From NCBI GenBank assembly GCA_013239625.1, contig MU053629.1, forward strand, positions 3,561,567 to 3,625,566: 64,000 nt of DNA, given 5' to 3'. Source of the stretch: Lama guanicoe. Taxonomy: Eukaryota. This document shows, in pieces, positions 38,301 to 47,300 of this stretch. Within the stretch, counting starts at the first letter, position 1; each line of letters opens with the position of its first letter. The position numbers and the translations under genes are program-made. The notes under the pieces are model-generated. The model saw only the letters and a program-made list of their open reading frames with translations, was not told the DNA's origin and ran no database searches.

Positions 38301-41300
38301 AGGCCCTGCTGCGCCGACACCCTCCTCCGCACCAGGAGTTTTTTTCTGAGCTCCGAGAGTGTGCCAAAGCGAAAGGCTTCTTCATAGACACACGGTAATT
38401 TCCTCTTTTGACAGGGCTGAGGAATGGAAGGGAAGGCTGTGCCCTTACTTATCTTACAGTAGTTCTTAAAGTGTGACAGCCAGATCTTTGACCCAAAATA
38501 GAAAATTTCTTTTATCTCTTCATTTACTATAATGTAGATATAGAGGCTTAAAATTAAAACAGGTATATTTGGGCATAATTTGGGCCCATTACAATTTGTA
38601 ACATAGAAGTAAGGAAACTGGTGTCCTTGATTTAACTTCATCTACCCCTTAGGCAAATGCCAAGATGTAATCCTATTTATTTCAATACTTCAAAAATGCA
38701 GCCTATCTCTGTGGCAATATCTTAACACACCACATCGATGGTAAATTTATCTCATCCCTCTGTAGAGTGAGACGTTTTCACTCCCCACCTCCAGGATAAA
38801 ATATTTTCCCTGTTAAAAATGATGTATGGGGGGAAGGTATATAGCTTGGTGGTAAAGTGCATGCTTAGCACATGCGAGGTGCTGGGTTCAATCCCCAGTG
38901 CTTCCACTAACAACAGCAACAACAAAAAATGATGTATAAAGGGGATTTCTTTTTCAATACTTTGTTGTTAACAGATGCCAATTAGTATGTCTTGTTCATT
39001 TACAAAAATGGATTTTTTTTTTACCTCTGACTTTAGGCAGTAGTGTATTTTATTGGCTTGTTCACTGGTTGAGCTGTGTGTGTGCCAGGCACACGTGCTA
39101 AGGGTTTTCAGGGATCATCTTGTACCATTTGTTCATATTTTACAGATGGGGAAATTAAGTCTGGAGAGGCTAAATAACTCGCTGAGAATGTAGCAGCTAG
39201 TTAGGGCGGAGCCAGGACTGGAATCCACGCCTATCCAACTTGAAAGCTGCCCTGAGCACCCGCTCTGTCACATAACTTCAAAGATCCATTCTCCTTTGTG
39301 TTTCCTTCCCTCCCTTCTTCTCTCAGCAGACTACAGTATGGAACTGAATTATATGCTGTATTACTAAATTTTTAAAATAATTCTATATTTTCTGGTTTCT
39401 TAAAAAGTATTTGGAAGTACGTAAATAGAATGCTTCCTATCTCTTCTTTAAAAAAAAAAGCAATTTGGGTTTCTTTTACTTGTGTGCCTCAGATTTAGCT
39501 CTGTTTTGTTTTTTAATGCCCTCTGGCTCAATAATTCATGATTTAAAAAAAGAGAAAGTCTGTTCTTTGACTGGTACAGGATGTTTAAGGCTAAGGGTGT
39601 TAGGAATTGAATTCGACAAGTACCTGACTATGTGCTGAGTGTTAACCTCTTCAGTTCAGGACATTACTCTTTACTACTTAAGAAATGTATTTGAATTCTG
39701 ACACTTTCTTTGTTTAAACGTCAAGAGCAAACTAGATTTCTATAGTTGCTTCTGAAATGTGCCCAAAATAAGTTTAACTGACAGATGAAAGTATTCACAC
39801 TGATGAGTGAAGGGTTCCCCTCAGAGTGTTGACTTGTAAATTATTTGCAGGGTCTAAATAAAAGTTTTTTCCATTTTTTGTCAGGTCCAATAAGACACTG
39901 GCTGATTCTCTGGATAATGCAAAGGACCCCAACGATCCCATTGTAAACAAGCTGCTTCGATCAATGGCTACCCAGGCAATGTCTAATGCACTGTATTTCT
40001 CCACTGGATCGTGTGCAGAGGAAGAGTTCCATCACTATGGTGAGTGATAAAATTTTCCTTTGTGTGGCCATAACCTTGAGCAAGTTGTTTAAAAAGGGTT
40101 TTTTTTTTGTTTATTTTGATTCTTTGGTTTCTTTTTGAAGGTCTTGCATTAGATAAATATACTCACTTTACTTCTCCAATAAGAAGATATTCAGATATCA
40201 TAGTACACCGATTGTTAATGGCAGCCATTTCAAAAGACAAGAAAATGGAAAGTAAGGAAAATTTGTTCAGCAACAAAGATCTTGAGGAATTATGCAGACA
40301 TATCAACAACAGGAACCGAGTAAGAGGGGATTTTTAATTCTTACCCATCATCTCTTTTGCTAACAGAGTATCAGCTTTACTGTGTAGTAGAACGAAGTAC
40401 CATATATTCCAGCAAATTAAATTCTAGAATTATTACATCCAGTGAAATAGCATGAAAATTATAGTTTGTTGAATGGCTCTCAGTACATTTACAAATGTTC
40501 TGAAGTAACTTCATGTAGATTTGAGATTTAACACGGGTTAGATATTCTCCCCAACATCTTACCGCCCAAAGGTAACAATTCAAGATAATGCTTTTTATTT
40601 ATAAAAATATCAGATCACACCTGCTTTTTGAAAGCTGCCTTTTTTCACTCAACACATTATTGATAGCACACCATGTCAATATCATTACATCATTTAGAAG
40701 CTGCTTTGTATTCTATTTTATACTGTTGCTGGTGGCTATAAATGTGGCACAGCTTAAACTAGACCATTTGGTGATACATAAGATTGGGAACTACTTAAAT
40801 GTTTAATTTTCTGTATCCAGTGTTCTAGTTTCATATTGTGCAATATTATAGCCTCCAGTCATGTTGGTTTAAATTAAAATTTTTAAAAATTAAAAATTCA
40901 GTTCCTCAGTCGCACTCGCCGCATTTCACATGCCCAGCAGACATGCGTGGCTAGTGGCTACCTATGGGGCAACACAGATATGGAACATTTCCATCACTGC
41001 AGAAAGTTCTGCTGTGCAGCACGGTTCCAGGCAGTCTAGTTCACAGCCACTCTTGTGTGCACTTCTGCAGACCTCTCACATTTTGCCTGGAGAAATTCCT
41101 GGTAACAGTGAAATGCTGGATTGAAGCGGGTGCACAAATGAAGGATCTGAGTAGGACAGATTTGCAAATAAAGGGCAAACAAAGACCTGGATACTTCCCT
41201 CTTCTTGAATGAACTACAAAATTTTTAAATACAAATGGGTTGTTTTCTTAAAGAATTAATTTTCTAAGACATTTTTGAGGGAGTGATAAAGGGCCCCACA

Positions 41301-42576
41301 AAATTGATTTCATTCATAATAGAGAAGAAAATCTGTATTAATAGTATTCTAGAACCGAGCCTTTTAAAAATGACATTGTTTCTAGGGGAGGACGAGTCCC
41401 ACGTTTCTGCTGGGAGTGTCAGGGAAACTTGTCATCGTGCTCTGGGGCTGTGCTTCTTACAGGCGGCGCAGCGTTCGCAGAAGCAGTCTACTGAGCTCTT
41501 CCAGTGTATGTATTTTAGAGACAAAGACCCGGAAACTGAGGAGCGCTGCGTATCTGATGGGGTTATTTACTCAATCAGGACAAACGGTGTACTTGTATTT
41601 ATACCAAGGTATGTCATTTCTAACAGAATAGCTGTTGAGAAATCCTAGTTAACCTAAAAGTCTAGACACAGTATATAAATGGCACATAACATAAAATGTA
41701 TTAAAACATTTATTTCAGCAACTATTTTATAGTTACCATATGTGTATAATGTAATATATAATTCATTATGTAAGCATAAAAGGAGATTAGAATCTAGTAC
41801 ATCTGTTATCAGTCTTAGGATAGAATTTTACTCTTATTTAGCAAAACATTTTGTTTCCATCTGCTCAATGAAATACAAATTTGAATATAAATCCGAGGAA
41901 AAGTTGGTTTTAATCTAGAAGAAAAATCAGCATTCTAGGTAAGTAGATGAGATCTGCATACTAAGAATGTATTATCTCTGGATTTTTATTCTGGCAATGA
42001 TTCAGGTTTGGGATTAAAGGTGCTGCTTATCTGAAAAATAAAGATGGTTTGGTAATCTCATGCGGCCCAGACAGCCACTGTGAATGGAAACCAGGATCCC
42101 TTCAACGATTTCAAGACAGAATCACCTCTACCACAACAGGAGGGGAGTCTGTTACGTTCCGTCTGTTCGACCATGTAACAGTAAGTCTGTATTTACATTA
42201 AGTATTGCTATGAGTGTAAAGAGCAAAGAATGTGGTTGAGTAATATGCATTTTCTCCTCTATGACAGGTGAGGATATCTGTACAGGCCTCACGTTGCCAT
42301 TCGGATACAATCAGGCTTGAGATAATAAGCAACGAACCATACGTGATGCCAGATACAGAGCTTTGTCAGCAGGGTTCCCTCTTGCTAAAGAGTGACTTAG
42401 TGAAAGAAGTAACGAGATCTGTGGAGGAAGCTCAGCTTGCTCAAGAAGTCACAGTGGACGTCATCGAGGAAGACTGTCAAAAATACTGCCAAACAAAGGG
42501 AAGAAGCCTGTACACACTCCTAGAGGAGATAAGAGACCTGGCTCTCCTAGATGTTTCCAACAGTTATGGAATATGA
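11301..42576 (+). CDS. DIS3L: DIS3-like exosome 3'-5' exoribonuclease, 17 coding exons, 1054 aa: join(11301..11439,12748..12901,21065..21193,23170..23305,26408..26584,28219..28297,29183..29362,31238..31407,32519..32680,34576..34823,35395..35487,37861..38394,39885..40039,40141..40319,41463..41608,42006..42180,42268..42576)
   Basis: All 16 introns are GT-AG, and the exon lengths sum to 3165 nt with consistent phases. The protein runs [29 protein letters not shown] to [12 protein letters not shown]. It carries the RNB catalytic motif [12 protein letters not shown] (34675-34710) and [11 protein letters not shown]. Recognised as DIS3L from memory of the human protein. Confidence 0.98.
12748..12901 (+). 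CDS. DIS3L: DIS3L exon 2 (154 nt)
   Basis: ttcag|[26 protein letters not shown]...QHQRGR; donor AG|gtatct. Confidence 0.96.
15605..16200 (-). mobile_element. L2 LINE fragment (continues at ~16790-16960)
   Basis: cattcattc...ttcaacagatactcactgag L2 3' end followed by purine-rich body. Confidence 0.7.
16255..16790 (+). mobile_element. Old L1M 3' end inserted in the L2
   Basis: gtccacacaaaaacttgtacac...gctaagtgaaagaagc...gaattatatctcaata. Confidence 0.85.
17037..17175 (+). mobile_element. Vic-1-like SINE
   Basis: Intact A box TAGCTCAGTGG and B box GGTTCAATCC plus SINE tail. Confidence 0.92.
18525..19205 (-). mobile_element. Old L1M 3' end, interrupted by a SINE
   Basis: cccctggcaaccaccattctactttct...gctgctgtgaaca antisense L1 motifs. 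Confidence 0.82.
18849..18986 (+). mobile_element. Vic-1-like SINE nested in L1
   Basis: 13-bp TSD caaggttcatcca at 18836-18848 and 18987-18999. Confidence 0.92.
20451..20665 (+). mobile_element. Short L1 3' UTR fragment
   Basis: Similar to 2785-2985 and to the reverse complement of 57625-57860. Confidence 0.85.
21065..21193 (+). CDS. DIS3L: DIS3L exon 3 (129 nt)
   Basis: cacag|[23 protein letters not shown]...EKWQS; donor AG|gtatgg; not listed in the ORF track. Confidence 0.95.
21483..21533. repeat. Compound microsatellite (GT)13-(GA)11
   Basis: Read directly from the sequence. Confidence 0.95.
21667..22058. mobile_element. Old ERVL-type LTR
   Basis: aagcagagcctga.gcaaggatttg...cccagaagca motif; ends ctctgccaca; subfamily uncertain. 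Confidence 0.55.
22519..22657 (-). mobile_element. Vic-1-like SINE (antisense)
   Basis: Reverse complement of the SINE consensus, with the T-rich tail on the left. Confidence 0.9.
23170..23305 (+). CDS. DIS3L: DIS3L exon 4 (136 nt)
   Basis: cctag|[32 protein letters not shown]...VVSFK; donor AAG|gtattt. Confidence 0.96.
23332..23388. repeat. (TG)n microsatellite plus ATGCGCGCGCAT palindrome
   Basis: Read directly; begins 27 nt after the DIS3L exon 4 donor. Confidence 0.95.
23500..23629 (-). mobile_element. 130-bp L1 3' end
   Basis: 18-bp TSD cccca(g/a)ctaattaatctt at 23482-23499 and 23630-23647; homologous to 27836-27968. Confidence 0.9.
23870..24100 (-). mobile_element. MIR SINE
   Basis: gatggggaaactgaagcacagaaagg...ttgcccaaggtcacacag. 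Confidence 0.85.
24398..24523 (+). mobile_element. Vic-1-like SINE
   Basis: Perfect 17-bp TSD aatagattactggtctc at 24381-24397 and 24524-24540. Confidence 0.94.
25360..25490 (-). mobile_element. Vic-1-like SINE with an internal A-box deletion
   Basis: Antisense B box ggattgaacc; (TTTG)n tail; TSD acataaa(c/t)ttgat. Confidence 0.85.
26408..26584 (+). CDS. DIS3L: DIS3L exon 5 (177 nt)
   Basis: tgcag|[22 protein letters not shown]...SGRYIQ; donor CAG|gtgagg. Confidence 0.96.
27425..27970 (+). mobile_element. 5'-truncated young L1
   Basis: Perfect 16-bp TSD caaaatgatggtctgt at 27409-27424 and 27971-27986; ORF2 end, 3' UTR and A tail. Confidence 0.93.
28219..28297 (+). CDS. DIS3L: DIS3L exon 6 (79 nt)
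   Basis: tttag|[32 protein letters not shown]; donor G|gttcag. Confidence 0.94.
29183..29362 (+). CDS. DIS3L: DIS3L exon 7 (180 nt)
   Basis: cacag|[34 protein letters not shown]...EPMPT; donor G|gtgagc. Confidence 0.95.
29430..30750 (+). mobile_element. L2 LINE fragment
   Basis: Long pyrimidine-rich L2 body ending actagaatataaactccagga...; explains the cluster of spurious ORFs here. Confidence 0.7.
31238..31407 (+). CDS. DIS3L: DIS3L exon 8 (170 nt)
   Basis: caaag|[24 protein letters not shown]...QAEALQ; donor CAG|gtagct. Confidence 0.95.
32519..32680 (+). CDS. DIS3L: DIS3L exon 9 (162 nt)
   Basis: tgcag|[28 protein letters not shown]...FSEAQ; donor CAG|gtcaga. Confidence 0.96.
32822..32921 (+). 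mobile_element. Vic-1-like SINE
   Basis: A and B boxes; flanking repeat aaaaccaca. Confidence 0.88.
34146..34247 (-). mobile_element. Vic-1-like SINE (antisense)
   Basis: T tail followed by ggaggtactggggattgaaccc...ccactgagct. Confidence 0.88.
34576..34823 (+). CDS. DIS3L: DIS3L exon 10 (248 nt), RNB catalytic motif
   Basis: tacag|ATG TGT; contains D478/D484/D486/D487 ([11 protein letters not shown]); donor AG|gtaatg. Confidence 0.97.
35395..35487 (+). CDS. DIS3L: DIS3L exon 11 (93 nt)
   Basis: cacag|[37 protein letters not shown]; donor AG|gtgagt. Confidence 0.96.
35878..36683. mobile_element. MER21-like ERV LTR
   Basis: acaccagctgggtgtcctacaatt...ttctgacactatctacc and ggaaattacaaggg...gaccaatatatg motifs; inserted into an old L1. 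Confidence 0.7.
36690..37375 (-). mobile_element. Old L1M fragment containing a ~55-bp younger L1 tail (37177-37228)
   Basis: Antisense ORF2-like motifs; the small insert is flanked by agtcatttt repeats. Confidence 0.7.
37861..38394 (+). CDS. DIS3L: DIS3L exon 12 (534 nt)
   Basis: tgtag|[18 protein letters not shown]...[11 protein letters not shown]...GFFIDT; donor CG|gtaatt. Confidence 0.97.
38828..38924 (+). mobile_element. Vic-1-like SINE
   Basis: 13-bp TSD aaaaatgatgtat at 38815-38827 and 38925-38937. Confidence 0.9.
39885..40039 (+). CDS. DIS3L: DIS3L exon 13 (155 nt)
   Basis: gtcag|[22 protein letters not shown]...EEFHHY; donor G|gtgagt. Confidence 0.96.
40141..40319 (+). CDS. DIS3L: DIS3L exon 14 (179 nt)
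   Basis: tgaag|[31 protein letters not shown]...INNRNR; donor CGA|gtaaga. Confidence 0.97.
40826..41035. mobile_element. MER3/MER33-like hAT-Charlie MITE
   Basis: aaattcagttcctcagtcgcact...gtggctagtggctacc...gaacatttccatcactgcagaaagttct. Confidence 0.8.
41463..41608 (+). CDS. DIS3L: DIS3L exon 15 (146 nt)
   Basis: tacag|[24 protein letters not shown]...VLVFIP; donor AG|gtatgt. Confidence 0.96.
42006..42180 (+). CDS. DIS3L: DIS3L exon 16 (175 nt)
   Basis: ttcag|[27 protein letters not shown]...LFDHVT; donor ACA|gtaagt. Confidence 0.96.
42268..42576 (+). CDS. DIS3L: DIS3L exon 17 coding part (309 nt)
   Basis: gacag|[26 protein letters not shown]...[11 protein letters not shown]. Confidence 0.96.
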   Translation: MRISVQASRCHSDTIRLEIISNEPYVMPDTELCQQGSLLLKSDLVKEVTRSVEEAQLAQEVTVDVIEEDCQKYCQTKGRSLYTLLEEIRDLALLDVSNSYGI

Positions 42577-42724
42577 AGTACTCTTCTTACTTCATTAAAA
42601 AGCTTTGTCTTATGTGAATGTCTTACCTTCTTTTCAACATGAACATCTAATTTTCTGTCACTCAATGCGCTAGTCAGTTGGGATTGTGTAGATATCTCAC
42701 ATACGTGTAGCATGCTTTCTTATC

Positions 42725-42838
42725 ATTAAAGTTGCATTAAATAAAGTACAACGAGGTCACTAGGGAACGTGATTTTTCAGAGACAAATGCATAGTGAGTC
42801 ATGGCTCCGCAAATCAGGTTGCCAGTCTCATTAATAAA
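42725..42838 (+). terminator. DIS3L: Candidate DIS3L polyadenylation signals
   Basis: ATTAAA 42725-42730, AATAAA 42740-42745 and AATAAA 42833-42838 downstream of the stop (also ATTAAA 42594-42599). Which one is used cannot be told from sequence. Confidence 0.6.
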
Positions 42839-43825
42839 TCCAGAACTTTTGGTTAGTTTATCTCCAATCAGTTCTTTCAAAGTAAGTTTTAATGTTTTCC
42901 AGTAATTGCTACACTGGGCCATTTGGGTCATAGGCCCCTCTGACATCTGTCAAGATTAACTTTTCAGTCACTTTCAGGTAAGAAGACTGAGTCCTGTCCA
43001 CCTATACACTTTAAAACTCCCTATTTTGTACTTGACTCAACTCTCCCCTGCTGTCCTGTCCCTAGAGCTAGATGGGGACAGGGCACAGGGAGGGGTGGGG
43101 TGCACAGGGTAAGGTCTGTTCTCTCAAACCTCCCTTTCTACCCTCTCACTTTGCTGAGTATTCCTCAGATGAAGAGGTACCTTGGCCTTGCCCTTGCTGG
43201 ACCATCTCTCTGCCAGTCTTTCCCACAAAAAGCAACTTTCCCATAACTTAGTTTGTAAAAACTAGCTTTGCCTTTCCCTCTCCCTTGTGGGAATCTCCTG
43301 CCAAAAATTAGACAAACCTTTAAACTTGATTCCCAACATAGTACTTCCTATCTGTAATTACCTGTCCACCAAGTTGATAAACTCAGGCAGGAAAAACCCC
43401 GATTAGGTCTTCTCACCATGTGGCCCCAACACTTCAGCCTCATATTCACCATTCCCAAATCTTTCTTATTCCCTAGATGTCCACTTCTGCATCATTAATA
43501 TACATGTTCTTCACCAATCCCTGACATCTCCACCAATGCAAGGTCTCCCGGGAGCCCTCCCTAGGTGCTCCTGTTCCCCATGACACTTTGCAAGTTTCTC
43601 TGCAACTAAGTAGTCAGTAAGGTACCAAGGAACATCTGAACTTCTCTAGCACCTATGCGGGCCAGGTATATATCAGCTTTTCATGTGACCCTTTAAGTAT
43701 TAAAGTAACTCCTCAAAATACATGTAAACACTTAACAACTGTAAACATTTTACCAAAGTATTAAGTGCAGAACTAAATAGCAATAAGAAATTTTTATAAA
43801 GCTTCTAAGGGTAGTCTGTGAAATT

Positions 43826-43853
43826 TTTATTTTTTTAAAGGACATTATTTATT
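43826..43853 (-). terminator. TIPIN: Candidate TIPIN polyadenylation signals
   Basis: Minus-strand AATAAA at 43853-43848 and 43831-43826, ~350 nt after the stop. Confidence 0.65.
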
Positions 43854-44205
43854 TTATATTTACATCTGAAAACACCACCCAATTTAGAAAACAGGACATT
43901 CAATTGCACGTTAGCAGCAGAAGCTACATATTCACTAATCATTTTTACAAAGTCATATCTATATAAAAATAAACACTGAGAATAAATAGAACAAAAGTTA
44001 GTAAGTATAAATATAAATAAAATGAAATTTGAAACAGGAAATCTGCAAAAGTTTCACTACATAAGGATTTTCACTCAAAGTTGACAAAATACAGTCATCT
44101 CAAATTTGGAAGATAGCAAGTTAATAAATTTGGGGGCCTATCCAACTTCTGTAAGGTTTCTAGATGAAGCATAAAGTTGACTATTGTACATAGTACCACC
44201 GTATT

Positions 44206-44393
44206 TTAACAGGATTGGTCCAGTTGTGTTTTTTCTATTTTTAATTCCTCCTCTTCATTTACAGGATCAGCAGCATTATCGACATGTGGACTGTCTAGGT
44301 CTCTGTTAAATCCATCTGATTCTTCCTCCTCTTGATCCTCACCTGGATTACCCCCTTCTACTGTCTGTGCGCTGGGTGTGTTCATTAACAAGT
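44206..44393 (-). CDS. TIPIN: TIPIN exon 8 coding part (188 nt)
   Basis: ttcag|[18 protein letters not shown]...TQLDQSC TAA. Confidence 0.93.
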
Positions 44394-47300
44394 CTGAAAG
44401 AGGAATCACTGTTACTCATTACAAGCACCTGATCCAGTCTGACCTGATGAATAACAATTCTCTTCACAAGCTTAGATCAGTGGAAATGAAATCTGTGATC
44501 ACTTAAATTGATGTTAATTATGATCACTTTCTTCCAAATAAAGCCATTTTATACATGTATAAAACCCACTAAAAATGCAAGTCTTCAACTCAAACTCTTG
44601 AAACATAGCCAAATGAAACTGCTCTCATTCAAAATCACAACTACTAGACAGAAGCTTTTAAAAATCAAATACTCTAATGAGCTGTATGTCAAAGTGACCT
44701 ACAGTAAAGAACGTTTAAGAAACTTATTTCTATTTGGAAAATTTTAAAGTTGTATATTGTAAATAGAAGATACCTTAAAATGCTTAAAGCCAGGTAAAGT
44801 TTGATGATGACAGCAAGGAAGACACTGCCATCAACAACAGCTTTATCTTCACATAATTTTTTTCACAAGGTAGTATAAAACATTCAATTGTAAAGTTAAA
44901 AATTAAATTCCTTCTAAGTGGAAAAAAAAATCATGATACCACTGAATAACTCTCACTTGAGAATTTTATTATTTTGGATGAAACTTGTTATGTAACATGG
45001 CATGTCCACTACTTAACTATAATTCTTATTTTCCCATTTCAAAAGGAAAAAGTGGATTGGAAATTGACAAAGATATGTGACTGTGCTTCATTTAAAACCA
45101 ATTTGCAATGATTTTTAAATACTGTTAACAAATTTAGTTGTTTAGTTTCCAAATATACAGTCTATTTATTTTAAAAACAGCAAATTTTAAGGCAGTTTTA
45201 AAAGAGAAGGGAATCGAGAAAAAAGCAAACTGATGGCTCACAACAGAAGTGACACACTTCAATAAAAAGCATTTTAGGACCTATTCATGTCACAGCAAAT
45301 GGCTCTAAAATCCTTAATAGGAGCAGAGCATTTTATATGTTCAGAAAAGTACATTAATAATTAAAGATAAAATTAAAGGTCACGTGCTTTTAAGGAGTCA
45401 GAATCGATTTTAAATGATTAAAATAATTTCTTAAGAGAAACTCAGGTCTCCAGAAAACCACCCTGGACTCATTTATTCTTTGAGGATTCCAGCTAGCTCT
45501 CAACGCTCTCTCATTCTCAAATATACATAAACTTAATATACTGTATCACATTTTTCTATTCCTAGAGGTATTTTATTTTGGGGAATAGTAAAGAAGTTAA
45601 AATTTCTAACATGCCCTTGATGTATTCATGGCTGTACATAAAATCTAGCATAAAATTTACCGTTTCCTAGGGACTGACTATTACTCAGGAGCTTTGCCTG
45701 TCTTCTTTCCAAGGCCAGTTGTTTATTTCTCTCAATTCTCTCTTGTTGTTCTTCTGTTAGGCTCCTACTTGACTCAGAAGCAAACTTTGCACTTTCAGAT
45801 GAGTTTGTCAAAAAGGGATCTAATTCGGTAGCAGATACATCATGGTCATTATTTTCCCCTACTTCATCTGCAGCAGAAAAGAAAAAGTTAGTACATCTGT
45901 AGTGTTAAAACTAGTTAGAAAAAGAGCTTATGCAGCTGTTAACTGAAAACAGGTTAAAGCAACAAGCTGCCAGACCTGAAGAAACAACTTGTGAGGCATG
46001 AGAATGTTACAAATACGTGCCTGATTCAAACATGTAGAATGATGTTTATTAATCACTTTAAAGGGGCATTTTAAGTCAGATGGAATACTAGTTCAAAAAT
46101 ACGCATGAACAGAAAGCAACAGTTCTTAGTTGCTAATAAAAGAACTTAAAGAACCCAAAGCATATCTTTGTTTTGCATTGAAACATACTCGTGGTTTGCC
46201 GTTTTGTCTAATATGAAATTCAGTTATAATTTTATATAGGCTATTTTTTATAGGGTAAAACCCAGACACAATCAGGTGAAAAAAGAAAAGAAATTTAGAC
46301 ATCTGTGGACATATTTCCAAGTTAATTTTTTTAAAAATTTAGTGCTCTTTACATTAGTCTTAAAATTCTTAAAGCCCTGTACACCAGTTATCTCAAAGTA
46401 GGAAGTCCCTAAAATGATCCAGTGATATACTAGAACTTTCATTTATATTTCATTTAAGAAATAAGAAAAAATTTTAAGTTTTACTAACTATATTTAAAAG
46501 GGGGGAAGGGTATAGCTCAAGTGGTAGAGCGCATGCTTCGCATACACAAGGTCCTGGGTCAATCCCTAGTACCTCCTCTCAAAATAAACAAGAAAACCTA
46601 AGTACCTCCCCACCTCACACACACATACAAAAAAAGGGGTGGGGGGGAGGACTGGTGGTGATGAACTATCACTTATCCATATGACGGTTAATCATCTGGT
46701 CTGTAAGACGGCTCACTATGGAACGGTGGAGAGCTGGGTCCTCGCTCATTCATTTTTTTAATTTCAGCACATTGTGACACACAGCTGATTCTGACTGCCC
46801 AGTTAAGCAATCTGACATACTAGATAGTTTAACCAAAATAACCCTAACAAAATGTACAGGTGGTAGCTTAAAAAGATTTTTGCAAAATAACAAAACACCT
46901 GTATGTAGAAGATAACAGAAGTACAAGCAAAAACTAAGAAAACAGCAAAGCTGACACTCTACCTTCTCTCTGTGTCATTCACATGACGGGGTTGAAAAAA
47001 TAAATAACCTCATCATATCTGACAAGTAAGCAAAAGAAAAACTTCATTATCACCAAGACCACTACTTGAAATATGAATTTATATATACTCTCCTCAAACT
47101 ATGTATATATTGGTATTAGCTAATGACAACAAAAACCATCACAACTAGCAAAACATTTAAAACATAAAGACAAACCTTTACAATTATTCCAGTGAGGTTT
47201 AAAAATAATATATTTAGTCCAGCCTTTTACAATCTAAACCCCTTTTGAGGTTTCTTCCTTAATAGTGAAAAAACAAAAAGCCATATACTTTTCCTTAAGT

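Noticed and set aside
46651..46800. Possible C/D snoRNA (GTGATGA ... CTGA)
   Set aside because: The boxes are antisense to the TIPIN host transcript, and I found no terminal stem or guide complementarity.
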